64,000 nucleotides of DNA from Daphnia carinata (GCF_022539665.2 NC_081331.1:682001-746000); one strand, 5' to 3'; counted from the stretch's first letter, positions 13,765 through 26,019 are shown. Numbers and translations are program-made. Notes: generated by a model not told the origin, from the sequence alone.

Positions 13765-14385
13765 TATACATAAGCTGCCTATGTCAATGGGTGACATCCA
13801 AAGCAAAATTTGTTTGGGATGTGCGGTCCTGGCACAGTGGTTATCACCCACGCTTTGTAATCTGTAGTCCTCGGGTTCAAGTCCCGCCACCGCCAATTTC
13901 CGCCAAGCCCTCCATTCCCTCCCCCCCTCTCCTCCCACCACCCTCCACTCCCACCCTCCAATACGTCATTCAAGACTCGCAAGATTCTTCATCACATCGG
14001 ATTCGCAAGATTCTACATACATCACTTCGGACATCATCTACCTCAAGAAAGAAAAGCCTCTAGAAAGAAGAAAAGACTCAAGAAAGAAGAAAGAAGAAAG
14101 AAGAAAGAAGAAAGAAGAGCCATGCCTACTACAAAGGGGCTAAAAATGGCAGAAAAAAAAACACACACACATACACACACCACTCACGACACGTACACAG
14201 ACGCTTCACATCGATCTGTAGTACCGTTCACTACACGTTAAAGATCGACCCACAAACTGAAGGTAGAGAAGAGGTGATCGGAACTCGTAGGCTGTTCGTT
14301 AGCCTCCCCATGGCCTGAAAGACGGTTCATGGATGCAGGCAGCTTATCATCGGGCTATGTGACCCTCTTCGATACCCGTAAGTTT
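13765..14385. mobile_element. Putative non-autonomous Helentron/DINE-1-like (HINE-type) element
   Basis: Subterminal inverted repeat ATAAGCTGCCT (13770-13780) / AGGCAGCTTAT (14337-14347), followed by an imperfect hairpin CGGG...CCCG (14351-14378) and a T-run. Interior has an AGAAAGA microsatellite (~14080-14118), CA repeats and a tRNA-like head. Confidence 0.45.
13823..13895 (+). pseudogene. tRNA-like sequence (Thr-TGT-like), probably pseudogene or element-derived
   Basis: GCGGTCCTGGCACAGTGG (A box), TTTGTAA loop, CGGGTTCAAGTCCCG (B box/T arm), ending ACCGCCA. Acceptor stem has 5 bp (GCGGT/ACCGC); anticodon stem is disrupted. Confidence 0.6.
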
Positions 14386-14715
14386 TTGTTTTTCCTTACG
14401 TAGCGTAGTAGTAGCAGTGCATAAAATTTTATTCAGACTGATAAAAAGTAATACGTGGAAAAAGTAGGGGTATTATGCTTTAGAAGTCCCGATTGTGGCA
14501 GTGACATAATGTTATAAAAGCATAAAATATTGGAACACAACGGTAGGGGGCGTAAAGCGTAAACACCGCATGGCAACAGTAAAGCACCTAACAAATTATT
14601 ATGTGACCAGAAACTACAACTACTAGTAAAAGTAGCCGGTCTTTCCTTCCTTTCCTTTGCATTTTTTTCAATTTTTGGCCAGCTTCGCTGGAAAAACAAT
14701 TCTCAGAGGCTCATT

Positions 14716-14740
14716 AGGCAACGCTGTTGGCAACACATGG
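14716..14740 (+). promoter_or_regulatory. Tandem GGCAAC / TGGCAACA housekeeping core-promoter-like motifs upstream of PSME3
   Basis: AGGCAACGCTGTTGGCAACAC lies ~55-75 bp upstream of the PSME3 ATG and resembles the Drosophila TGGYAACR (DMv2/Ohler-8) motif. Confidence 0.3.
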
Positions 14741-14792
14741 CTCTTGCAATAGTTAAAAGTTAACCGGTTAAGTTTGTAAGCCACTGACTGAA

Positions 14793-16109
14793 ATGGCCGA
14801 CAATGCTCAAAAAGTAAGAATAATAATTGGAATAACGTGGCTTTGCGACGTTTGTGTTTAGCATTAATTCTATTCTGTTGTGGAAAAACTATCGAAAATT
14901 TCCTGTTCTAACATTAGTTCTAGCAACTCACGAATAAAATTAGATGATTCAAACGTTGATGTTCCTATAAGAAATTGTTTGAATAAATGAATCTTCCCAA
15001 TAAGAATCATCATTGACGATTCCTTATTTTGCTTTCCAGGTGCAGCAGTACAAGGAAACAGTTAAGAAACAGGTTGGCACCAACTTCGTGTTTAAAGATC
15101 ATAAGTTTTCTCTGGCTTGAACCCAAATGTTTGTATTCGTTCATCTCACATGGGATTGCCCTGCATGAAAACTTTTATGTTAAAACTTTCCACAAGGTTT
15201 GTGCTCCTTTATTCCTTTGTTTATCGGCAGGCAGAGGACCTTATCAATAATGGATTCCCAAGAAAGATTGTAGAGTTGAATGATCTCCTTGCTACACCAC
15301 TCTTCAGCACCAAGAATCTTGAAGAAGTTCACCAAGATCTTAAAGTTCCAATCCCTTCACCCATCATTTCCAACAAGTACTAATTTACATCTGAAGTTGG
15401 TCGAATTGAAATCCAATTGAGTTTTCTTTGTTCAGCCACGACAGCTGTGAAACGGAAACCAAGAAAAGGAAACTGGATGAAGTTACTGCTGGAACACCTG
15501 TATTGGTGCTACCTTCTGGAATTGTCCCATGTAATTCTCACATAAGACAGATGATAAAAATCGTCAAACCTTACATATGGCATCTAGTGGAAGATGCGAA
15601 CCTGGTAACTTATGTTTCTCATTTTGCTTGCTACTTTCTTTTCAAAAAATATTGAAATCTCAGCTGACCATACTTTTGTTCTGTTAGTTGAAAATGTGGA
15701 TCTCATTCTTGATCCCAAAAATTGAAGATGGAAACAATTTTGGGGTGTCTATCCAGGAAGATATGCTAGCTGAAATAAGAACAGTTGAGTCTGAGGCTGC
15801 TGCTTTTTTTGATCAGATTTCTCGGTACTTTATCACAAGAGGCAAAATTGTCACAAAGGTAAGCCGTTACTTCATTGGTCGTGAAAAAACTTCTTGATTT
15901 GTATGTATTTTTATAACCAGGTAACGAAATATCCGCACGTGGAAGATTTCAGAGTAACAGTAGAAGAGCTCGATGAAAAAGAGTACGTTAGTTTGAAATT
16001 GGTAATGTGCGAGATTCGGAACCATTACTCAACGCTGCACGACATCATTATGAAAAATCTAGAAAAAATTAAAAAACCACGTACTTCCAACGTGGACAAT
16101 TTATACTGA
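14793..16109 (+). CDS. PSME3: Proteasome activator complex subunit 3 (PA28 gamma / REG gamma)
   Basis: Exons ~14793-14813, 15040-15072, 15231-15377, 15436-15603, 15688-15858, 15921-16109. Motifs FPRKIVELN, KKRK NLS, LIPKIEDGNNFGVSIQE (activation loop), KYPHVEDFR, KNLEKIKKPR, C-terminal NLY. Confidence 0.96.
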
Positions 16110-16515
16110 TTCATTTGATGAACATTCGATTGAACATATTCACCGGGACTTTCCATCCGATTTCCTGTCTACTGGTGAAGGATTCATGATTGATAAATTA
16201 AAAAGTCAATGGAAATTAATGTTTTGGGCTATTGTATTTCCGACACCGATCACGATTCGCGTTTGCCTATATGCTAATGACTAACAAATTCCGTTTTGAA
16301 GTTTTTTATTTCATAGTACGAGAGTGTGAGATTCTAAAGTAACAGATCAACAGAACTAAGGTGAAGTAAGAAGCAGATAAGAAAAAGGATTTGCTCAACA
16401 CTTCAGGAGGGATACATGTTGCAGGTAAATACGTGCATGTCAAACTTGGCGATTTTGGAGCTTTATTGAGTTTTATAGTTTGATTCCTTTCGAAGTTTTA
16501 TTCCTAACCAAGAAT

Positions 16516-17951
16516 TTACATTGAAGTCTCGTGACGACTCTTTCCACTACGATTTCCGTCTCGTTTTCTAGCATTTCGATCCGGTCCCAATCTATTTTGA
16601 GCAAACGCCAAGTGTTAGCAAAAACGACAAATGACTTCGAAATCAATGTAGCTGTTTAACAACTCACCCGCGTGAATGAGTCGAGTGACGAGATCTTGGT
16701 CGGTCAACTTCATGGCTAGGTCCAGCTGTAATGGCTAGAGGTGCTCCCATATAGCTGGATGAATTGGATTGGTGATGTGGACGTGACATTTCTACACGAG
16801 AAGGACCATGCATTCCCTGGTGGACGCGAGCTCTTCGGTTCCACTCCTCGTCAAATTGATGCGCTTCTTCTGTTCATCGAAATGAATTAGTAAACAATTG
16901 CCCGCCACCAATATGTTACAAAACAACCTTCTTCAATGTTTATGAAATCTTCTCTTTCTTCCGAGTCTCCTGTATAGTAGTTTTGTTCTTTCTCGACGAC
17001 GTGCCCACGCTCTCCTAAATGCCGCCCAACAGCCATTTTACGAACCCCGCTGCGTGAATCGCTCACACTGCGCTGAACTTCTCTCACACCTCCAGGGGCT
17101 GTGCGAGTGGTAGTTGAAGCTTGGTACACCTACAAGCGGAAATAAGCCATTTGCTGCCAAATTGAAATGCCAAGTTAGAAAAAAAATTAAGCTAATCCAC
17201 CTGTGGCTGGCCATCTGGACCAGTTGTCATTGTCATGAGTGAACTACTGCTATACATCGGGCTTGCCCCACCACCGAAACCAGACTGGCCCTAAAATTGA
17301 TTTTGTGAGTAATTCAGTGTATCTCTTACTTAAAATTTGTTTAACTTACAAAGCTCTGGAACATTTGCCCAATTGAAGGCATGCCAAATGGATCAACCAT
17401 ACCCATCGGAAAGCCTGGCATTCCTCCGAATGGAACCATGGAACCAACAGAGTGCCTTTGAGGAGGTGGCTGAATAGACATCATCTGGTGATGCATTGGC
17501 ATCATATTTGTAAATGGATCTTGCATCATGGAGTTCATCATTGAATCCATCTGACGCATCAACTGATTTGTTCCCCTGTAAGTGCAACAAAATTTTTAAT
17601 TATTTTCACCCTGAACGTAAACAAAATGAACTTGAATATTGTACAGGCAATATTTATATGTAAGCTGTTTGTTTTTGGTGGGCTTGTTGAAGCAAGGCTG
17701 GTTCAAAACTGAACTTCTACAACAAGGAAATGATCGACCATGGGAAGGAAATCCGAAAGTCTGGGAATTATGAGGTAATAACAAAGAGAGTTGCATGTTT
17801 AGGGCGTAAGGAAATGTCAAATAACGGTACGAATGAGCGGGTTATTAGGCCTCAGGTTGTTGGTTTCCAATGTTTGGTTAGCCAAAGAAGGAAAAGAAAC
17901 TCACGCAAAAAACGGATCTTCACCATAGTCCCGAAGAAATGAGCCAAACAT
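16516..17951 (-). CDS. Mlf: Myeloid leukemia factor
   Basis: Exons ~17951-17905 (MFGSFLRDYGEDPFF), 17577-17350 (MRQMDSMMNSMM), 17291-17201 (YSSSSLMTMTTGPDGQPQ), 17130-16928 (VYQASTTTRTAPGGVREVQRSVSDSRSGVRKMAVGRHLGERGH), 16870-16668, 16592-16516. Confidence 0.93.
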
Positions 17952-18204
17952 GATAGCAAAGTTGAATTTGACTTGAGTTTCTCGACAGTACTTCCACAGT
18001 GCGAACACTCAATAACCGTATGCAGCGTTCAATGGATTTTCACTCAATTCTGCTCTCGCCTTGCGCTGTTGCCAGTAAAAAACATTGCCAATCCAAATAT
18101 CCAGATAGATAAATTGTATTCACACGTCACAACTAGGCTAGGCCAGTTACATATTGAGTCAGTAGAGCGTTTACATTTTCCTGTATTGACGATAATTGGC
18201 TTTT

Positions 18205-18945
18205 TTAGTATTTTCGATAAGGTGGTCTGTACATGGGAGGAGGGCGATACACCTGAGGTGGAGGATAACGCGGAGAAGGACGCATTGGGTAAACTGGCGG
18301 CGGTTGATAGACAGGTGGGGGTTGATAGACGGGAGATGGTTGATAGGCAGGTGGTGGTTGATAGACGGGAGATGGTTGATAGGTAGGCGGTGGTTGATAG
18401 ACGGGTCGTTGTTGATAAACAGGTTGATTGTGCGGCATGGTAGCTGGACTTTGCTGCTGGGCAGGATGGACTGCTTTCTGTTGATGATGTTGCACTTTAG
18501 GAGCAAAATTTGTGGCTCCATGTGGAGCCAATGACGCTGCTCCCGGTTGCGTAATATCGATCGGTGGCTGATTTTGCTGAATTAATTTGGATTGATCTGA
18601 TTGTTCCGCAAGTGGAAGAGAAGAGGAGCCAATAGTGCCTTCAGGCATAACACCAAGTTCAGCAAGCTCAGCCGGTGAGAAATCCTGAAGATCCTGTTGT
18701 GTCAGCTTGATTTCTTTGGCTGGAGGTGGCTCACGTGGGCAGCATGGAAATTCGCCAACTTCGCGACAAGGAGAAATCAGACCGAATTTCTCAATGTCCA
18801 GCTCATCACGACCGAAGATGTGGCGATCATTTTGACACGCATCTTCAGCTTGGCAGGGACAGATCTCTTCGGGAGTTGAACCATCTCGCCCAGCAACCGC
18901 AGCCAAGATAAAAAGTAGCAGACCATTTTCCAACCACTTTCTCAT
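18205..18945 (-). CDS. Secreted protein with an N-terminal Cys motif and a C-terminal extensin-like (PxYQPP)n tail
   Basis: Single 246-aa ORF. Hydrophobic signal peptide, C-P-C-x4-C...PC-x7-CC motif, then 18-nt tandem repeats encoding PVYQPP / PTYQPS. Confidence 0.85.
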   Translation of the reverse strand: MRKWLENGLLLFILAAVAGRDGSTPEEICPCQAEDACQNDRHIFGRDELDIEKFGLISPCREVGEFPCCPREPPPAKEIKLTQQDLQDFSPAELAELGVMPEGTIGSSSLPLAEQSDQSKLIQQNQPPIDITQPGAASLAPHGATNFAPKVQHHQQKAVHPAQQQSPATMPHNQPVYQQRPVYQPPPTYQPSPVYQPPPAYQPSPVYQPPPVYQPPPVYPMRPSPRYPPPQVYRPPPMYRPPYRKY

Positions 18946-19436
18946 TTCTTACTTTCAAAACAAATATTTGGAGAAGAAATTCACTTCCTTACTACTCAAA
19001 GAAGACTTCTTCGACTGATGATCAGGTGAAACGAAAATCTCTTTTTATTTGACATATGTTCACTTAATCCAAACTACCTTGAAGAATTCAGGCAAAGAAC
19101 GTCGTCTCCTGAGGTTATAACCTGTATGCGGATTATGACTTGATAAACCGTAAAATCAACATAACGATGCAAAGTTGACCCCTAACTAAAGAAGGTATTT
19201 ATTTTTGTTTTTGTTTTTTGAACATCTTCAATGTTTTTGTTTCTTCCGCATGTGGGGTTTCCCTATTACACAGGGATCACAAAGGACGCCCGTAATCTGC
19301 GGATGGTGATAACTATTGGCATATCGAAACTTCTGTTCATATCAACATTAAGGTAAGGAATGCATAGACAATATTACTGATAGCTTTGGGCTTTGGTAAA
19401 ATTTCACGTAGCCACTTGCTCATACGCCATTCCGCC

Positions 19437-21797
19437 ATGGGTGTGTTACGCTTATTTGTTGCGCTGGGTTTAGCCATTGCCGCAAGCTCAGGTAATACAA
19501 GTTAAATTTACTTTCCTGTTCAACGTTCAAGCATCTTTGCCAAAACTTAGGAGCGTCTATTAATGAGGGAAATCCTAAAGCAAGTGAGACAGTTTGCTAC
19601 GGAGATTTAGGATGTTTCACTACGGCATCGCCCGTAAGAAAATTTATTCCAACTAATCATGAACTATTTTTAAATTTCTTTTTTGTTTCGGTGTTTTAGT
19701 GGACATCTGACGTTCGACCTATGTAGGTTCCTTTCGCAACGTTTCATTTGTTATTATCTTTTAGTGTATTTAAATATTCTTTAGCTCAGCTTTACCCGAA
19801 GATCCGGCGGTGATCAACACACGTTATCTGCTTAACACGAGGTTTGTTTAATTAAATGTTTTCATTCGCTAACTCTAATACGCTCTCTGCTATTTTCCAT
19901 TGAAGGCAAAATCCAACGGAACCTATTACGCTTGTAAAAGACGACGCACTGGGATTATACAATTCGCCTTTTGATTCGACGAAAAAAACGGTATTTCTAG
20001 TTCACGGTTGGACGAATGATGCCAACCACCCATGGATCAGGTCTTCCGTTGCGGAAATTCTAATTAACGTGAGGGACTTCCTACAACATTGATACTATAT
20101 TTTCTAAAGTACAACATGGTAACGCTTCCTTGATTTACAGGAGGACGTCAACATAATCCGCGTTGATTGGGCACCAGGAGCAGGATTGCCTTATATCCGG
20201 GCTTTGACCAACACACAAGTGGTCGGTGCTGAGATTAGTCTGTGAGTTGTCTAGCCAATGTATCTACTACATCTTATCTTTTCCTTTTGTTTCTATTTTC
20301 TATTATTTTAAATTTTTGTAGCTTTATTCTTTTTCTCGCATCAAAAACTATTCTGGATTATGCCAACATTCATATTATTGGTCACGATCTTGGAGCTCAC
20401 GCAGCCAGCTACACTGGTCACCGTCTTTACGGTATTGGACGTATCACAGGTAAAATGTTTGTTAGTTCGTTTACTATTTACCTTTCTTTTTTGTCTAGTT
20501 CGCGCATTTATCTAATTTTTATGAAACTGATGCAGGTTTGGACCCGTCAACGATCTATTTCGAGGGCGGTGATATAGCGACTCGTTTGGACCCTAGTGAC
20601 GCACTTCTGGTGGATATTGTTCATACCGATTCGACATACCCATCATTTGGAAGAGATCATGTCGGTTTGGGTTTCCTGACTAATCTCGGTATTGATTGCT
20701 TTGTTAAACATTTTACACAATAACTGCTTAAATCCTTGATAACATCCTTCACGAAGGCCATGTCGACATTTACGTTAATAATGGGCAAGCGCAACCTGGG
20801 TGCCAAGATACCCTCGACAACCTAGTAAACAAACCTGAAGATTTGGTTACCTTGACCGACCTTAATGGTAAGTTAAATTTTGTACGATTACTAGGAATTG
20901 TTTTTTATTTCATAACTCTTTCAGGTGCCTCTTCCATTGATCCGTATGTTTGTTCTCACATGAGAGCTGTTGATTACTTTGTTGAATCCATCAACTCTTT
21001 CTGCCCGTTTTCCGCCTTTTCGTGCTCATCGTGGGACAGCTATTTGCAGTACGCTTTGCATTTATTCCCCTCTGAAATATTGAAAACATATTGATTAATG
21101 TTGTTTTGGTTGTTTTTTCTGAAAGAGGAACTTGTTTTTCCACATGCCGCAACGTCAACTCCTGCACGTCTTTGGGTTACCACACAGGAAACTATCCAGC
21201 TAGAGGCACATTCCATCTTGATACCCAACCAGTAGGACCGTATTGCAGTAAGTAGCAAACATAAATACATTTCTCAACGTGCACGTAACTCTTTTTATGT
21301 CATATCAGACTTGGTGCTTCGAATGGAAGTGGATGTGTCTCCAAATCAAATCGAAACTTACGGCTCAATTAAATACATCTTGATTGGTGACGTTGGCCAG
21401 ACTAAAGAAGACGAACTCTACAAGTATAATTAAAATTTAGACTGCCAAACTATGTTACAGCCATTAAAATCCTATATTTTGCGTGCAGCGGAATCATAGC
21501 GAATGGATTCATTCTTAGCGAGTACGTGACAGTAGCCGGAAGTAATGCCTACCGTATCGGGAAAGTTGGATCTGTCCGTCTCCGTTACCAAAAGGATGCT
21601 TTTAAGGAAAATGAAATCGTCGTACAAAGGGTAGTTGTTCAGCAAGCCAATGTCACTATTAACGCAGTCGAGTAAGTTGCGTACAGTAAATTCTCAACTA
21701 AAATTAAGCTGTACTAATTTTTCCTTCCGTTTTAAGTAACATTTTCCAGGGAGCTGTTTTACCCGACAATGAATACGTCACAGTGTACCCAGTTTAA
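19437..21797 (+). CDS. Pancreatic triacylglycerol lipase-related protein, predicted catalytically inactive (GHDLG)
   Basis: Signal peptide MGVLRLFVALGLAIAASS, VCYGDLGCF, FLVHGW, NIIRVDW, HIIGHDLGAH, RITGLDPS, RLDPSDALLVDIVHTD, NGQAQPGC lid, CSHMRAVDYFVESI and a PLAT-like C-terminal region. Many short introns including a ~23-nt microexon; TAA at 21795-21797. Confidence 0.9.
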
Positions 21798-21946
21798 CTA
21801 ATGAATTTACTTTAGAATCCGCCTTTTGGCGAGCGATTGCATTTTAATGGTTACCATAGTTAGACAGCATACACAAGAGAATGAAACAAATCTTGGCTAC
21901 AAAATACTGCAAATACCACAGCTTTCAAAAAATAGAGCTGTTGGGA

Positions 21947-22837
21947 TTAGCTTACGAATTTCGTATTATACCACGCCAACTCCAAACAACTGGGCCCAGT
22001 TACATTGTACTTATCCAAATAACTATTTGTTGTATAGGGATTTTCGCGAGCAAAGAAGCGTGTAAAACCAGAAGCTTCCAATCGCTGCAGTAAATTGTAT
22101 TTACCAGGGATGCTCTCCGGGCTTTCCAGGTGGATTTCCATTGCAAGTTGCTTAACATTTAACAAATCTCCATCGTCCAGCCAACGGGAAAGGACAGGCC
22201 ATTCTCCCCCTTCAATGTCCATCTTCAGGTAATCTATGACGGTGTTTGTGTGATTAAGCATTTGACGGAGAGATGCAAGGCTCATGATCTTCCAACCGCG
22301 TTCGTTCCGTTCGTCGTCCTTCTCGCCAATACCCACACGATAGAACAGAACCTTTTTTGAATGATGATGCTTCCAGTACCTGTGCGTCGAAAACGGTAGA
22401 AAATGGAACAATCTCTTTTGATGAAGGTATGCAACAAAGAAACACAATTACCAAACAGAAGGATCGAATACGTAGACGTAACATCCGTAAGATTCAATCT
22501 GCTCATCAAACGACCATTCACCGTTATTTCCGAAGGAATAAACTACACACTGATCCGGTATGGGAGCCACGCCTTGGTCAAGGCAAACAGATTTCTGTCC
22601 GTCAAGAAAAGTCAACGATGGCAAGCGATTGATCACACCACCAAATTCGTAATAAGTTTTGCAGGCCAAGATGTCCCTCCTAGAGAAAAACGGCAGCATT
22701 TCCTTCCACGTCAAATTTCCATTTGATGTTAAAGGTGGAAAATGAAAGGCAGAAAGTATTTGTTCCTGTTGGAAGAAGCCTAAAAGGACAAGGCAAATAA
22801 AGGAGACGAGAGCACTTTGCCGCCAACGATCTATCAT
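21947..22837 (-). CDS. METTL24: METTL24-like methyltransferase (Methyltransf_22), copy A
   Basis: N-terminal TM anchor, DGQKSVCLD, CVVYSFG, GCYVYVFDPS, one intron (~22381-22451), IDYLKMDIEGGEW, KQLAMEIH, ELAWYN. Confidence 0.85.
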
Positions 22838-22946
22838 CCTTCCCACTTAGTAACTATAATTTAAATGTTTAACCAAAACTTTAACAGTTAGAGCAGATGG
22901 GCGTGGCCTGTCGGTCGCTGACATGTTTCTTTTTATTGGAATTGTG

Positions 22947-23877
22947 CTATACAATAGGCGGAAATTTGTAATTAACCATCATATCGTCTTCCTTCCGACC
23001 GTCTGCACGGATTGCTACCTGACTTTTGGAAGAATAATTGACATTGAACCAGGCCAATTCGTAAGCATTTGTCTTCCAGCGGTTCTGCCGTGAGAAGAAA
23101 CGGACATATCCAGAGGCTTCAAGTCGCTGTGTAAGATTGCGGTAGTAGTGGAGGCGGTAGGAATCCAACAAATGAACTTCTATGCCAATCTGTTTGATAA
23201 ATCGTAGGCTGCGGCCGTCCTGCAACATGTGGTCCAAGACGTGCCATTCCTCTCCTTCGATATCAATTTTTAGGTAGTCAATCGGCCGGTAGCTGTGTAG
23301 CAAGTACTTACGGATGGATGTTAACGTAGCCATCTTCCACCCTAAAACGAACCACAATACTTCAGAAAAGCTGATGGAAAGCTGAAACGTCGTGATTGCC
23401 GTTACCGCGAGAATCATTTTTGGTATTCATTGTTCCTAAGCCAATGTCGAAGTAGTTAATGCGTTGTGAATTATTTGGCATGTTAGAAAACTGAAACGAC
23501 GGATCGAATGCGTAGACATCGCACCCATATTCAGCCATGGCTGATTCGAAAGACCTATCATCTGAGAGGCCAAATGAATAGACGACACACATCCCTGGTG
23601 GCGGAGCCAGACCTGGATCGAGACAGACGGACTTTTGGCCGTCAATTCCAGCTAAGGTAAGGTTTTCGGTTTCATTTTCGTCCCGGTAAACATGGCCTCC
23701 AAATTCAAAATACAGATGGCATGAACCATCGTTCCGCCACAGAAAGTAATCGTGGCCGACAGCAATGCTGTTGTCAACGGTAGACCAAGTGTATGAGCCT
23801 CTCCAGTCGATGGATGACGAAGAAAGTACGATAAAGACGATGTAAAATCCAGCTGATGCGAGGAATAAGAGTCCCAT
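22947..23877 (-). CDS. METTL24: METTL24-like methyltransferase (Methyltransf_22), copy B
   Basis: N-terminal TM anchor, DGQKSVCLD, CVVYSFG, GCDVYAFDPS, intron ~23343-23405, IDYLKIDIEGEEW, KQIGIEVH, YELAWFN. Start codon uncertain. Confidence 0.85.
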
Positions 23878-25277
23878 CGTCAATCGAGTAACATGTTGGC
23901 ACTCCTTCTTTGAGAAATGTTAAACCTATAAGAACGACTGCTTTCGTAATATTTGATTTAAACCTACCATTTTAGGATGGACCAGGAAATATAGTTATGC
24001 CGCTAAAGAGGAGAACTTGAAATGAAATACCATTTGTCTCCGAAAGTATAAACTATTTTCACGTTCTTTTCTAGAGACCCGCCTATCGCGTTGAATTTCC
24101 TGTCTCTTTGTGAACCAAACGCTGACAACACAATACTTGATGTTACTTAGCAAACGGAAATGTCCTTTTATTTAGAAAGAGTATGCGATGGCCGTGAGCA
24201 GCAGGAAATCTTGAAACAGATCTCCCACGACTAAACTATTACAGGTAACTAAAGATAACTCAATGTTTTAAATGAATATTTTGATTCAACATCGAAATGC
24301 TTTTGCATTCTAGACGTGGTTCAGATGTAGAATCCAAAACCGCTTAACCGTGCTACAAGCAGAAAGCAGCCTGATTAATGTGACACGCAAATCACGGCCG
24401 TCTCTATGCGCGCGTGATCGAGGGGCTTTGCCAAATCGCCTTAACAACAAAAACCCAGACATCGTGACCTTTTTGAGCAGCAACGGTCGTTTTATTGTCC
24501 TCCGTCTGAGAAAACTGCAGGATGAATAAAGTGGAGGGTATTTTCAGAAAAAAGAAGTTCGTTGCACCGGCCGTAAAGAAATTCGAAGGTGGAACCTTAG
24601 CAGTCCACATAAATCATTCGAGAAATTCAGCCTTATCCTACCTTGGCTATTGCGCATTGAAATCGCACTGTATCGCGGGATGCAACACGATTCCTGCATT
24701 ATGAGTATGTTAAAAAGGTAGACTGCCCAGGGCGCAGCTGTGCCCATTGGTGTGATGGGCGTAAGCCGTTGTTCTTATACGGGGAATCCCTTCTTGCCTG
24801 ACGTCTGACGAGGACTTAAAATTCGAAGCTTTTGCGGTTGGTAATTTATTTTCAGAAATTGTAATACTACATAAAAGCAATTATTCGTTTCTGAAATCCA
24901 CAGATATGGCGCTATTTGACTTGTTTCTCGTTTTGACTTCATGTGCGAAAGAAGTGAATGAAGCTTGACATTCTTGCTAAAAAAATGTTCATCAAAAAGC
25001 CTCTTTCCAAAACTGCATCCGTTCCAGAATTGTTAATTGTTTGCAAGAGAACATTTCGTTTTGAAGACTAGGTACGATACGTTTGGATAAAGGTAAATGA
25101 TAATGAGTGGTAAAAGGACTAGGAAAACTATTGGATGATGCTGCAGAAGTGTATTAAATTATGCAACGATACAATGTCGCTTAAGTTACAGGTATTAAAT
25201 ATTTTAATGCGCGTTCCTTCTTGTCATTAGGGGCAAATCGAATTGTAGCATCAAGGCTGATGACTAGCTGAATCGTA

Positions 25278-26019
25278 TTATGTGCCGGCACATCGGGCAA
25301 CTGCTGGTGGTGGTCTGCAGGTTGCAACCGAAGTGGAGGTGCTGACGGTAAATGCAGTTGACGTAACTGTCGTCGTCAACGTCTGCTTCAAAAATGGCGG
25401 GACAATGGCGTTCACGAGATTGCCGAAGAAAATGCGAGTTCCGGCAACAGGCTGTGCATATGAGCCATAAAAGGGTGAAGAAAAAGGGCCGTATGTACTA
25501 CCAGAGAAACCAGGCTGGATTTCTTGAGGATAAAACGAGTAGCCAAATGGAGACATCATCACGTATTGTGGATCAGCAGCGCGTGCCTCTCTATTAGGTA
25601 CTTGTGTAGCCTCAACTCTATAAGAATTAGAAGTAAAAACGAAAATTTCAACTCAAAATTTGGACAAAGTTTCAAACGTAAACCAAATTTTACCCTTGAA
25701 CAGCAGATGGAAGAATGGAAAATTGCGCGTCATCGGCCTCTTCTGGAACTTCGAGGATACCACGTCGTCGGCGACCAGTGCAAGCAGGTAGAGCAGCCAG
25801 GGCGGCAGCGTCGACAAGTCCCCCGAATCCACCAGAGGTACATGGCTCCACAGACTTAGACGTCGAAACAGTCGTAACTGTCGTGGTGGTTAGTAGAAAA
25901 AACCTGGGCGCTACCACGTTAGGCCCATAATAGGGCGCATAGTAGTTGCCTCCTGCCTCTTGCGCCGTGGCTGCACAGGCTGCAATAAAGACAACTAGTA
26001 GAGATAGAGTTAAACGCAT
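25278..26019 (-). CDS. Small secreted Thr-rich protein with an RRRR site (lineage-type family), copy 1
   Basis: Two exons (26019-~25694, ~25617-25278). Signal peptide, PRFF-(T)n-C...C-GRRRRG, PSAVQG|VEATQ, AADPQY, and a second RIFF...Thr-rich...C-PPP...C module. Confidence 0.85.

Noticed and set aside
14235..14345. Possible hammerhead ribozyme (CTGAAGG / CTGAAAGA)
   Set aside because: The core CTGANGA...GAAA with three stems is not satisfied.
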